From the NCBI GenBank assembly GCA_964016885.1, contig OZ024744.1, positions 61,318,001-61,382,000 of the forward strand: 64,000 nt of DNA, read 5' to 3'. Shown in pieces: positions 37,540 through 52,400 of the stretch (position 1 is the first letter of the stretch; each line of letters starts with the position of its first letter). The translations under genes and the position numbers were made by a program. The notes under the pieces are model-generated. The model saw only the letters and a list, made by a program, of their open reading frames with translations. It searched no databases and was not told the origin of the DNA. The stretch comes from Eledone cirrhosa. Lineage: Eukaryota.

Positions 37540-37950
37540 TGAGATGGAGGGTTTATGGTTTTCTGTTTTATGAGGAAAAAAGTGGCTCAACTTGCTAGGT
37601 TTTTAAAAAAAAGTAATTTGGTTGCTTGATGACTGTCACATGAATAAGTATAATAAATTTTGTGCCAGTTTGCGTTACAAAGTTCTTATACTTGCCTTTA
37701 AAAAAAGTGGCTCAAATTGTTTTTTCATATATAAGTGAAATTTGGTTGGTTGATGACAGTCACGTGAATAAGCACATCAACTTTTGCGCCAGTTCACATT
37801 TGAGGGTTCTTTATTGTCACTTTTACATAGAAAAGTGGCTCAAAATGTTGTTTTTTTATAGATGTAATTTAATTGGTTATGATTGTCATGTGAAAAAGTA
37901 CATTAAATTTCACGCCAGTGCTAGTTCGTAATTGGGGGTTCTTTGTAGCC
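37540..37950 (+). repeat. Diverged tandem repeat, unit ~125 bp, about 3 copies
   Basis: Recurring 'aaaagtggctcaa', 'gatgactgtcacatgaataag' and 'ttttgtgccagtt'. Confidence 0.75.
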
Positions 37951-39484
37951 GTTTTCACAGTCACATGATTTGTCATAGACAGTTTTGTGCCAAACAAAAG
38001 ATAATGGTTGAGAAAAGGGATGGGGAGAAATCGTTCTGATTCAGTGAGTATGGCTGATGTGCTGAGGTGTCAAAATTCAGACTTTCTATTGAAATAAATT
38101 GAATGTTTGTATCGATAGTGGTGGTGGTGGCGGCAAAGTAGAAAATAGAGATATATATTTTTATTTGTGTGCAGATGTATATGTGTGTGTAGGAAAATGA
38201 TTCCATTAGTAGAAATGGAGAAGGGTGATATGCGTGTGTATATGGGTGTTATGTGTGTGTGGGGGGTGTATGGTTAGCATGTTAAGGTGTTAAAGTATTA
38301 ACATATGTTAAAGTCTATTTAGCTCTGGTTTTTATTTTCGAATAAAGAAGAGGGTGTTATGTGTATGTTTATGTATGTGTCTGTTTGGATGGTTGGCATG
38401 TTATGGTGTTAACATATTTATGTATATTAAACTATATTTAATGCTGGTCTATATTTTTGAATAAACATATTTTCCTTATTTATTCGTATTTAGTCTGTTG
38501 TATTGTCAGTGCAAAGATAAAGTGGGAAGACTTGTAATTTGGGTGTCTTATCACTTGCACATATGTCTAGATGTGCACTGAGTGGTATCTGTCTTGTGGT
38601 AGCGTCTCGTAATATATATATACTTTATATATATATATATATTTCAATGCCAATAGAAGGCCGGTTTCCAATATTTTCCTTTAATATTGCACAGTTACAT
38701 AATACATATTTCTGTAACTGGCTTACATCATCAAACCATGATGTAAAACAATCAGCAACGTCATCAGATGTAATGAACATAACAGATTTAAAAGATTCAG
38801 TTCAGTAATCCCTACTGGGTTACAGCGAAATATAAACAAAGAATTGATATGGAGGCAGCCCAGCCAGCGATACAATCACTATGACAGATGGCCTCTGAAA
38901 GAAGTATTTAACTCCATTTCTGCACCAACCCCGAGCTATGACATCTTTGATGGATGGCATGCATACTGTCAAGTGCTTTTGCTTATTGTATCACAAAATC
39001 TTAATTTGGTGGGACACAAGCCAGGCCAACTAAAATAAGTCAGTTTAACTCATAAAATTTTCCCTCTACCATGGTTTCAAAAACATTAGAACAACCAATA
39101 TTAGAAGAACTATTCTGTCATGTATATATATGTGTGTGTGTGTGTGTCTGTAGTAAAAGATCAATAATTTTCAAAAGGCTGGTACAATGCAGTAGCAAAA
39201 TATGAAGGGCAAGTGATGACAAATAAAACAAAACAATGTAATATTTCAGGGCTATAACCCACTTTTCAAATGCTGAACTGAAACAGTTCAAATCAAAACA
39301 AAATGAATGATCGATGTATTCTTCCCCAGCAGCTGGCCTACATGACTCTAGTATGCATGTGCAGAGTTGCTACAGTAACCAGTCTGCCTTGTGCATTTCC
39401 AATCTATTATTGACTTTCTATAACAATATCGGTTTCAACACACATTTTCAGATAAGAAATCTCGCAAAACAAATTCGAAACGAA

Positions 39485-39548
<64 letters not shown>

Positions 39549-39605
39549 ATATATATATATGTGTATATATATATGTATATATATATATATGTATATATAT
39601 ATATA

Positions 39606-40655
<1,050 letters not shown>

Positions 40656-40699
40656 GCACCGATTCTTTGCTTAAACTTTAATCTGTTCTTATAACATAT

Positions 40700-42043
<1,344 letters not shown>

Positions 42044-42405
42044 TATATATATAAAGAGAGAGAGAGATGCTTTGTACAGCTTTTGGAGGAAGGAGTGACC
42101 AGCAGTATGTTGTTCGGTATTATTATGAAAAGGTGTAGCAGAGAAAACCCGCGTGAACTAACAGCTCGGGTGGAAACTACTTACCTCGAAGATTCATTTT
42201 CCATCGTTCTTGTCAACGCTCCGTTTAGTTGGTATTTGTTGGTCTACAGTTAGATGAGTGGCGCACAAAAGGTTAATGTTTATTGGCAAGAAATTTTTTG
42301 AATAATAAAAGACAGGTTAAAGCGACCTACAATGTATCTGTGTGTGTATATATATTTATATATATATACACAGATACATATAAATGTATATATATATATA
42401 TATAT

Positions 42406-44468
42406 AGACAGTCTCCCCCATATCGACCCAATAGAGGGACCAGCAGTGTTAGTCGAGGGGAGTATAATAAGTAAGGCAATCAAGGATATGAAGACAGGTA
42501 AGGCGGCTGGGCCTTCGGAAATAGTTGCTGAGATGCTGAAGGCATCTGGCACGGTGGGACACACCATGGTCACTCGCATAGTTAACCATGTCGTACAGAA
42601 TGGGGTTGTTCCGAAGGACTGGCATAGCAGCATCATCGTTAACTGTTATAAGGGTAAAGGAGACGCCCTAGATAGGAGTAACTGTAGAGGCATTAAATTA
42701 ATCGACCAGGTCATGAAGGTCACGGAAAAAGTAATAGCGCAACTAATCAGAGAGAGAATTGACCTAGATGAAATGCAGTTCGGGTTTGTGTCAGGCAAAA
42801 GTACCACAGACGCTCTTTTCATAGTACGACAACTACAGGAGAAGTTCCTAGCTAAAGGTAAACCCCTCTACTTAGCTTTTGTCGACTTGGAGAAAGCCTT
42901 CGACAGAGTCCCCCGCTCCATTATCTGGTGGGCTCTTAGAAAACTAGGCGTTGACGAATGGCTTGTGAGGGCTATACAAGCCATGTATAAAGAAACAGTC
43001 AGCAAGGTTAGAATTAACAACGAATATAGTGAAGAGTTTGGCGTAAAAGTTGGCGTCCATCAGGGCTCTGTTCTCAGCCTCCTACTATTTATTATTGCCC
43101 TTCAGGCTATAACAGAGGAGTTCAAGACAGGCTGCCCATGGGAACTCCTATACGCAGACGACCTGACACTCATAGCGGAATCAATGGCCGAGCTAGAGAA
43201 GAAATTCCAAACATGGAAGCACGGCCTAGAGTCAAAAGGACTTAAAATTAACCTGGCTAAGACCAAAGTTCTAGTTTGTAGGAAAGAAAACAAGGCGGCG
43301 GTCCCTTCTGGGAAATGGTCATGCTCGGTGTGTAGGAAAGGCGTAGGTAGAAACTCCATTTTATGTCCTAAATGCAAAGTATGGGTGCATAAAAGATGTA
43401 GTGGGATCACAGGTAAGCTAACTAAGAACATAGATTTTACATGTGGCCGGTGTTCTGGTGCAATAAGTAGCAGCAAGTGCCCACAAAATACTAGCTCTTT
43501 CAATTGCGCAGAGAGTTCTATAGAAATAGTGGACAGCTTCCGTTACCTGGGCGATAAAATCAGCAGTGGGGGAGGGTGCTCTGAAAGTACTGTAGCTAGA
43601 GTCAGAACTGGTTGGAAAAAGTTCAGAGAGCTTATACCACTATTAGCTGCTAAAGGGTTCTCCCTAAAAATGAAAGGCAGGTTGTACGATGCCTGCATAC
43701 AAACAGCAATGTTGCATGGCAGTGAGACCTGGGCATTGTGTGCAGAGGATATACGCAGACTAGAGAGGAACGAAGCTTGCATGCTCCGCTGGATGTGTAA
43801 CAGTAATATACGTGAACGGCAAAGCATAAACGAACTAAGGAAAAAATTAGAGATAAGAGGGATCAGATGTTGTTTACTCGAGAGAAGGCTACGTTGGTAT
43901 GGACACGTGATGCGCATGAAAGTCGATAGCTGTATAACAAAGTGCAGGGCAATAAAGATAGACGGTAGCCACGGAATAGGCAGACCTAGAAAAACCTGGG
44001 ACGAGCTGATAAACTCCGACCTCACACACTTACACCTCTCCAAGACAATGTCACTGGACCGAGACCTTTGGCGGTACTCAGTAACAGAGAAGACCCGCCT
44101 TGCCAGTAGGCATCTCTAACAAAATACACCCCGTCCCGCCACCACCCCCACCCCATCCACACCACCCCGTTCTATGTAAAGTTATGTTGGTGCCGCGCCA
44201 TCCAGGCCGAAACAAATGAGATCGTGTAGGTGTCACGACAAAAAAACACACAGTCCACGCTGTAATGTGGCCGTGTAGGCAACACGGTAAAAACCTCCCA
44301 GACCCACACTGTAAATGTGGTTGGTGTTAGGAAGGGCATCCAACTGTAGAAAACCTGCCAGACAGTCCTATGCGAGCAAGACAATCACTCTTGCCTCAAG
44401 TGGGACTACCCCTGTCCAAACCCATGCAAGCGTGGAACACGGACGTTAAACGTTGATGATGATGATGA
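42406..44468 (+). mobile_element. RTE family A, 5'-truncated, with an uninterrupted RT reading frame
   Basis: Lacks APE. (GAT)n tail at ~44455-44468. The 5' end abuts (TA)n. Confidence 0.96.
42407..44119 (+). CDS. RTE reverse transcriptase with an inserted PHD finger (open frame, no native start)
   Basis: QFGF, AFVDLEKAFDRVP, GVHQGS, YADD (43151-43162), C4HC3 (43322-43453), FRYLG. The listed N-terminus is a (TA)n artefact. Confidence 0.9.
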   Translation, partial: DSLPHIDPIEGPAVLVEGSIISKAIKDMKTGKAAGPSEIVAEMLKASGTVGHTMVTRIVNHVVQNGVVPKDWHSSIIVNCYKGKGDALDRSNCRGIKLIDQVMKVTEKVIAQLIRERIDLDEMQFGFVSGKSTTDALFIVRQLQEKFLAKGKPLYLAFVDLEKAFDRVPRSIIWWALRKLGVDEWLVRAIQAMYKETVSKVRINNEYSEEFGVKVGVHQGSVLSLLLFIIALQAITEEFKTGCPWELLYADDLTLIAESMAELEKKFQTWKHGLESKGLKINLAKTKVLVCRKENKAAVPSGKWSCSVCRKGVGRNSILCPKCKVWVHKRCSGITGKLTKNIDFTCGRCSGAISSSKCPQNTSSFNCAESSIEIVDSFRYLGDKISSGGGCSESTVARVRTGWKKFRELIPLLAAKGFSLKMKGRLYDACIQTAMLHGSETWALCAEDIRRLERNEACMLRWMCNSNIRERQSINELRKKLEIRGIRCCLLERRLRWYGHVMRMKVDSCITKCRAIKIDGSHGIGRPRKTWDELINSDLTHLHLSKTMSLDRDLWRYSVTEKTRLASRHL

Positions 44469-44829
44469 TATACAGATGTGTGTGTGTGTATGTATGCATA
44501 TATATATATATATAAATATATGTGTGTGTGTGTATATGCATATATTTTTATGTGTATATTTATATATGTGTATATGTGTATATCTATATATGTGTTTGTA
44601 TATGTGTATATATATATGTGTGTATATGTATATATGTGTATATATATATATGTATATATAAGTATATATGTATATATATATATATGTTCGTGTGTGTGTG
44701 CAAGTGCGTGCACGCGCGTTTGTGTGTGTGTGCGCGCGTATCTGTCTGTGAATGTAGCGAAGATAATCCGTCAGCAATGACGTTATGCAGACAGCCAGAC
44801 ATACAGACAGATATTATAAGAGCGCGATG

Positions 44830-45003
44830 GAGATGGCTAACCGGCGCCTAACACCCCTTTAACAACAGAAAATTGAAAAAAAAAAAGCTGCAGTTAATAT
44901 CTTTAGACCGCAAGGAATATATAAATGCAAGGTTGAAGTCAATCGGAGTAGAAATGTGGATTTGTATAGACTTTGCAAAAATGAGGACACACAGACAACA
45001 TCA

Positions 45004-45043
<40 letters not shown>
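44830..45043 (-). mobile_element. Helitron-like 5'-terminal fragment
   Basis: 'aaggttgaagtcaatcggagtagaaatgtgg...gacacacagac...ttttatatatatagag' has the usual end architecture of non-autonomous Helitrons. Confidence 0.45.
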
Positions 45044-45075
<32 letters not shown>

Positions 45076-45524
45076 GAGAGAATGCCTACTTTGAGAATAA
45101 GAATTTAGCAAAGTTATATTCTATAATAGATTATCACTAATTAAACTAAAGGCAATTAACTTTAATGAATTAATATCAAGTGTGTAATGGAAAAAAAAAA
45201 CATAATTACCTTTATTAGGTTTATTAATAATTATGGAATATGACGATTCCATCTATATGTGTATTATGAGAACATGAGAAGAAAATGTAGAAAATGCCAT
45301 AAGTGAAAATAGATTTTTTTCATTAGTATTATATTAATGTTATAGAGTTCATAGTCAATAAGTTAATTTTGTATGCATGTGATAGTGTAATCATAATGTG
45401 TGAACATATATAAGGTATGCATATATTAGTGTGTTTAATGTAAAGATGTTATGTAACTCATCATAATTTAGGACCAACAACAATGGGATTATGAAAGCAA
45501 TTTATAAGGCATTTGTGGGGTTAG

Positions 45525-45825
45525 GCTATTTGGTTCACAATCGTAAAGTCATGAGTCCAATTCAATTCCCGGCGGCGTGTTGTGTCCTTGAGCAAGGTAC
45601 ATTTATTTCATGTTGCTTCCGTCTACTCAGCTAGCAAAAATGAGTTGTACCTGTAATTCAAAGGGAAAGTCTTGTCACATTTGGTGTCACACTGAATCTC
45701 CCTGAGAACTACGTTAAGGACATGCATGTCTGTGGAATGCTCAGCCATTTGCATATTAATTTCGCAAGCAGGCTATTCCGCTGATCGGATCAATTGGAAC
45801 ACTTCGTAACCAATGGAGTGCCAGT
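45525..45825 (+). mobile_element. CORE-SINE with a third tail type
   Basis: 'gtgtccttgagcaaggtacatttatttcatgttgc...actcagctagcaaaaatgag' is the CORE-like segment. Confidence 0.7.
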
Positions 45826-45959
45826 CTATTTAAGCAAGGGAGATGATTTAATGTCTTTATCAATTTGCTTTTTAAAAAATACATTTTCCAAATTTAGAAA
45901 CAGTTAGAGAACCCTTGAAATAAAAGTAAGTTTATTGGTTTAAAAAGCAAGCTAATTTT

Positions 45960-46330
45960 AACTAATTGGTCCACAGTTCTGCAGAGTGTGCCTACCCTCA
46001 ATGGTGCAGAAGCTCCCACACTAAGAAGCTATGTACAGCTCTGAATGACACCTTCAGGCTCATCATTGGATGTCTCCATACAACACCAACTGAGTATCTA
46101 CATGTGCTCTCAAGCATTACTTCGGTACTCCTTTGTTGGTACACTAATAGGTTGGTAACCAAGGCCTCAATTGTGGCCATCAGTAGCTTGCCAGTGTGGC
46201 TCGCTAGAGCAGACAGCTGAACACATACTGAGCAGGATCCCGGATTTCCACCCACCTGAGAATATGGACCTCACACACCATAATCCCATTACTTTGAGCT
46301 GGTTACAACACCTGGGGGACATCACATAAT
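45960..46330 (+). mobile_element. Degraded Ingi/Vingi-type LINE fragment (RT thumb region)
   Basis: 'SSAECAYPQWCRSSH...LNDTFRLIIGCLHTTP..L.VLSSI' resembles the SxAEYCAPVWxRSxH...ITGCLxxTP motif. Confidence 0.6.
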
Positions 46331-47559
46331 TGCAGCTGTCTCATATACAAGACATAGAAGAACTAATATAACATTTTGGGATCAAATATAATGGCTTATG
46401 GTGCAAAAGAGTTTATTCTATAGATCACCAACATTAGAGAGGTTGTCATAACTAAAGAGTCCTCACGACCCATTTTGGCATGGTTTCTACAGTGGGGTGC
46501 CCATCCTATTGCCAACCACTCTACAGAGCACACTGGCTGCATTTATCGTGGAACCAGCACTAAAATGTTGTCATCATTTACTCAGTTGAAAAGCCCTCTC
46601 TATATTATAGACTGAAATGGAAAGTATATCAGAGGTAGGCGCCAATTGTGGGGAGGGATTTGACAAGATTAGGGATAGTGAGAGGGCAGGGAAGGATGAC
46701 ATCTGATAGTATGGGAGGTACTTTGATGATAGCAGCTACTAATCAGCTATGACTGGTGCTGCAGGATTTTGGAACCAGGATTTCTAGTGTAGAAAGGGAG
46801 GCTGGTAGGTAACCCTGGATAGAGTGTAGGTGTTAGGATTTAGGAGGGGTAAAGATGATCCTGAATAAAGTAGGGGTGGGGAGATTTGTGGATGGTAGAG
46901 TATAAAGTAGTATTAGTAAGGAAATTAAGAGTCATAAGAAAGAAGCAAAGCAGCAATGGGTAGCTGAACAATGCAAAGACATTGAGGACCGACATAAAAA
47001 CAACATAAGGAAGGCTTTTCTGCTGGAAAAATATCTTACCAAAGAAAAAACATTTGTTTTAATCTATCAAAGATAAAAATGAAAAATATAATCACCAAAG
47101 AAAAAGAAGTATGGAAGAACTGTACATATTACCAAAACAGAGGGAATCTGATTGTGTTGTATGTATGGGATTGTTTCAATGAGGATGACTGCATAGACTG
47201 ATACTGCAGGTAAAAAACATCATGGCCAAAAACTGGCTTCCATAAAGATAGAAGCATCTATGAGCATATATTCAGCATGTGCCCATTCTGTGAGAAATAA
47301 CTGTAACATCATAAAAAGTTATACTATGTCTTCATGGGTTTCAAAAGATATTTTTGAAACTCATGAAAGATGAACAAACCTGCCTCAACATTTAGTTTTA
47401 AATCTTTAATTTCTAATTCTTTTTAATTCTTTTTAATTGTAATACTCAACATTTGATAAGATGGTTTTCACTGATACATCGAAACTGGTTATATTTTATA
47501 AGAAAGAAAAAAAAATGGGAAGGGATAGGAATGGTAAGAACTCTGATGTCGCAAAAAAG

Positions 47560-48110
47560 AGGGAAGGGGTGAAGGGGGAGAGTGATTGGGCTTTGGGCCT
47601 AGGGCATGGGGGTAGAAGGGCTGTGCCACGTGGAAAAACTGCAAAAGCATTCCCGCGGACGATAGCCAGTAGCACCCACTGCAACAGCCACACAACCTCA
47701 CGGAGCTCCTTCCTCAGATGGACCATCGACGTTCTGATCTTGTGGAGGAGCTTGGCAATATGGAGTCCAAGTATGCCTGAGGTCTTGACAGTGACCTGTG
47801 CGGAGAGAAAGTGGTCAGACAAACTCTGGTATTTGTTTATTTTATATCCTTCTGGGAGGTGGGCTGCGATGCCGGGGTCTGTCACCGAAGTGACTAAGCT
47901 GGAGGTAGAGAGCATGTCACAGTAGGTGGCGTCCCAGATGAGGGATCTACCTCCTTCGAATGGGAAGAGGGTGATACATCAGGGTGCTTGCCATCTTCAC
48001 AGTCTATGCCAGCTGGCTCCAGTTGAGATGGAAAGCCAGCTGCATCTAGGCTCCATCTCAGTATGTCTTTGAGAGCAGCTATATAATATGCTTGTGTATT
48101 TGTCACACAC
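47560..48110 (-). mobile_element. CRE-type non-LTR retrotransposon 3' fragment (restriction-like endonuclease)
   Basis: 'LEPAGI..EDGKHPD', 'KINKYQSL', 'KTSGILG', 'LAIVRGNA' match RLE motifs, with frameshifts. Confidence 0.75.
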
Positions 48111-48634
48111 TAGAGATGACTGAGGAAGGAAAGGGTGATGACAAAGCGAAACATCGGTTCGGGAAACATTTACAGCTGACGATGGAAACTCCTTTCTTCC
48201 TTTCTCCTCCTGTTCCATCCTAACTACCATCCTAAACCTTGTTTTTAGCAACCACACAGCTCCTTTCATTTCATAACTTTTTGTATATATATATATATAA
48301 TATATATATATATATGATATATATATATGTATATTTATGGCAAGTAAGTATGTTTTGAAACAGTGAGCAGGTTTGAAATTAGAAAATAGAATATTTATCT
48401 GAGGGTTCTAAACCCCATTATCAGGCTAAAATTCCTTTAGTCAAAAATACGGTGAAAGCTATTCTATATATATTTATATATATATATAAAGCGGACGTAA
48501 AATGATGATGATGATGATGATATATATATACAATATAATTATATATATATCATCATCATCAACATCATTTTACGTCCACTTTATATATATATATAAATAT
48601 ATATATATCATATATATATATATATGTATATATA

Positions 48635-51600
48635 ACTTAACTTTGATAACTTTGATAGGTATCGGCCAGTATTGGCCCAGGCCATGTCTAACTTAATAGC
48701 ACCACCTGGTGAAGTCTTACAAATCAGTGTTTGGGCACCATGGCCCACTCGAGCAGAGAGTTATTGTTTACGGAGGCATATCCGGGTGTAGGAGGTTTAT
48801 CGAGGATTTCTTGAAGGAATTTAGCCAAAGACTTCTTGAACTTGATGGGGTCTGTCTCTGCTTTGATGTGTTTTGGTGTAATGTTAAAGAGTGCAGGGCC
48901 AATTGAGGTGAAATAATTGTGCCGTATTGTTGTTATGTGATGTGAGTGGGATTTTTGTCGTGGGCGGATAGCACGGTGCCCAAGCCTTGGGTGTACACTA
49001 AAGGTGATGCCAACATCATTTGGGCTAAGCTGATGGAATATTTTCCACATCATACAGATAATGTAGCGCTCACGGCGACGTTGAAGAGAATAAAATTTGA
49101 GCTTTTCTAAACGACCCCAATAGTCGAGGCCTGTCATGCCAACTATCTTTTTTGTAATTGACTTTTGGGGTGCTTCAACTTTCATGATACTTTGTTTCGT
49201 GTGGGCTGACCACAGAGGACAACAGTATTCAAGGTGGGGTCGGGCAAAAGTGGAGAAGAGAAGGACAACAGTGTGGATATCTCTTGACTGGAAAGTTCTG
49301 AGAATCCGGGAACACATTCTGCGGGCCATATCAACTTTGCTGTTTATATGAGTGGCCCAGCTTATATTGTTGTCCACAATTACTCCCAGGCCTCTGATGT
49401 TATTGGAAGCCACTAGAGTTTCACCTGAATGAAGAGAGTATGGGAGTTTCAGGGCATCCTTTTTTCCAAAGTGGATTAATTCAAACTTATCCTCATTCAA
49501 CAGCATATTATTCTTTTCTGCCCATTGGATAACAGCCAGTAGGTCTGACTGAAGGCAAGTCCGGTCACCCAACTCAGTGATGACCCTTTGGAGCTTGGAA
49601 TCATCTGCGAAGATTCTTATGTTGCTGTGTTTGATGATGTCAGTAATGTAGATTATGAAAAGAAGTGGGCCCAACACAGTGCCTTGTGGGACGCCACTGC
49701 TGACTTTGACAGGGCTTGATTTTACTCCTTCGACTACAACATGCTGGGTTCTGCCTGTCAGGAAATATTTGATCCACTGTAGTAACCTTCCAGAGACACC
49801 AACATTGGATAGTTTTTTCAGTAGAATTTTATGATCAACCCTGTCGAAGGCCTTGCTGAAATCAAGGTAGATGACATCAGTGTTGGAGCCCTCTCCCAAG
49901 GCTCTCAAAACATTGTCAAAGTGATGCAGGAGCTGCATTAGGCAGTCCCTTCCATTACGGAATCCATGTTGGTTGGAGTTCAGCAGTCCGTTGCTTTCAA
50001 GAAAGTGGGTTATTCGTGATCTCACCACCCTCTCAAATACCTTGATAATATGAGAGGTGAGTGAGATCGGATGGTAGTTCACTGCAAGGGACTTATTTCC
50101 CTTTTTGAAGACTGGGACAACGGACTGGGACAGAAAGTTTTCAGGAATATAGCCAGTGTCCAGTGAGTTCCTCCACAGATTAGCAAGAGGAGTTGCAAGT
50201 TGGTGTCGACACACCTTCAGGATACAATCAGGGAACCTGTCGGGGCCTACTGCTGAATTGTGTTTAATTTCGTTTATTGCTGCTAAGACATCAGGGGCGC
50301 CAAACGTTATGTCTGATATAGTGTGTTGGGGTTAACATCACTGATACGGCCCAGATCGGCCATATCAGGATTGCTGAAAACAGAGCAGTATTGTTTCTGC
50401 AGTATCTCACCCATGGTTTTGGCATTGTCCTGGAGTGTGCCATTTTCATCAACTAGGGGGCCAAAGTGGAGATAGTGACCTTGTGTTTTTTAGCGAATGA
50501 GAACACTTTGGGGTTGAGTTTGATTTTCTCAATGGCCCACCTCTCTTCAGCTATTCTCTGGTTATTGATGATGGTCATCATGCATTGCTGGAGGTTATAC
50601 TTTTTTGACTCAAGCAGGGCGATAGCCATCGAATGTGTGTGTTGCTGTTGGCAGTATTTTAGTGTGTTAATTTTTTTGTTTGTTCTTTTTATTTTTCTGA
50701 TAATTGTTTTTCTGTTTTGGGGGATACTGCACTTGGTTTTTTTCACAGGTTTTGGTGGGGTGTGTTTTGCACATATATTTGTGACAGTGTCTACAAAGAT
50801 CTGCCATGATGTTTTGATGTTGGTGGAAGTGTGTGCGTGTGTAAAAGACCAGTCGACATGTGATAGTTCGTTCATAATTGCATCCCAGTTGGCATTGTGG
50901 AGATCCATGTTATCAAATGGGTGGGCTCGAGAGAGGACCCTGGGATTAGCTTTTGGCTGGTGGAATCTCAGGTTACAAAGAACCATGTCATAGTCTGAGA
51001 GAAGAGTTTTTTCCACTGTAATATTATGTATAGTGTTAGTGTGGTTACTAAACACTAGATCCAGAATGTTCTTCTGATGCCTCGTTGGTGCAAGGACAAG
51101 TTGTGACAAGAAAAACTTATTCATGAAGTCAAGAAGTGACTCGATAGCCTCTTTGTCAGTGGTTGAGGCTGTGGAGCCTGGTTTCAAACTACATGTAGAC
51201 CAATCGACACAGGGTAGATTAAAGTCTGCCATCAAAAGTATGTTGCTAGAATGGCACTGTTTAATAAAGCATTTAATACTGTTGAAGCATTCTTTGAAAC
51301 AGATTATGGGTGTTTATGGTGGCCTATAGAGCCCAACTAATGTCAGGTCATTGGCTTTATTGTGCACAGTGACTGATTCACAGTATCCATTAGAGAATGT
51401 TGTGTTGCCATCTGCTGTAAAGGAATCATGCAGGAAAATGGCAGTTCCACCCTTCTTTCTGCCAACATGATCCGCACGGATGGTTGTGAAATTTCTCACT
51501 CTTACTTCAGCCTCCAAGTGGGAGTTGTCAAGGTGGGTCTCAGTAAGAATGAAGAAGGGGATGTGAAATGGATGGTTATCAACCCAATCCTCAATGAATT

Positions 51601-51760
51601 GGATCTTCCATTTCTGTGCATTGATACCTTGTGTATTGAGTAAGAATGTGAAGGCTAGTGTGGTGGTTGGTTTTGACTGTCGCAGAGGGCTTGTTTTGTG
51701 ATTGTGTGTTAGTGACAGCAAGGTTGGTGTTGGGTGATGGCTAAAATGTTTTTCTCTATC
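48635..51760 (-). mobile_element. CR1/L2-group LINE (APE and RT), frameshifted
   Basis: APE: LTETHL, YRPP, ADFNLP, NILDLV. RT ORF 48724-50214: YLDFSKAFDRVDH, GVPQGTVLGP, FADD, HLEYCCPLW. (ATCAAAGTT)n-type tail. Confidence 0.93.
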
Positions 51761-51984
51761 TCTTTTGACAGGTTCATGGCTAAAAAAGAAAGATTTTTTT
51801 TTTTTTAATATATATATATGAAATTTCGTTTCATTTTTTCCATTTATATATATATACTTAGGTTAAATATTGATGCAATTCAATTCAAGCACTCAACGTA
51901 CTTATTCCACATAGGAGTGACAGAGTAAATATCGAATAAGGAAAAGTGAAGTAGTTTCAGATGTTTAAGTCTTTTAATAATAAT

Positions 51985-52160
51985 GGTTTCTTATTTAGGC
52001 ACAAGGCCAGCAATTGGGGGGGGGGGTCGTGACTGGTACTTTATTTTATCGACCCCGTAAGGATGAAAGGCAAAGTTAACCTCGGCGGGATTTGAACTCA
52101 GATCATAAAGGGCCGTAACTCTATGCGGCAAAGCATGGCGTCCGACCCTCTACCGATACT
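51985..52160 (-). mobile_element. tRNA-derived SINE with Meta/MESC-like central domain
   Basis: Minus strand reads 'gagttcaaatcccgccgaggttaactttgcctttcatccttacggggtcgataaaataaagtaccag...ggccttgtgcc'. Confidence 0.8.
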
Positions 52161-52233
52161 AATGCTGTGATATATATGTCAAATTGAATCGACCTGGGAA
52201 CGGACGAAGTGTGTGTTCTTGGGTTCTTCATCC

Positions 52234-52292
<59 letters not shown>

Positions 52293-52333
52293 TTCAAAAT
52301 ATTAACAAAAATAGAACTTCTTGTGATCAAGTA

Positions 52334-52400
52334 TATTTTATTATACATATTTCGGAGGTACTGGGCTAACTTCAACAGTACGTCCTCATCAGATAAAATA
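52334..52400 (-). ncRNA. Type I hammerhead ribozyme (HH-1) with a canonical G10.1-C11.1 pair
   Basis: UAUUUUAU-CUGAUGA-GGAcGUACUG(uugaaguuagcc)CAGUACcUCC-GAAA-UAUGUAU-A|AUAAAAUA. Confidence 0.88.

Noticed and set aside
39240-39460. Further hammerhead-like remnants (also near 17070, 32190 and 48400)
   Set aside because: Core nucleotides are mutated and stem I cannot be recovered; too degenerate to support.
43102-44043. Recurrent antisense ORFs over RTE copies
   Set aside because: They are shadows of the RT frame, repeated only because the element is repeated.
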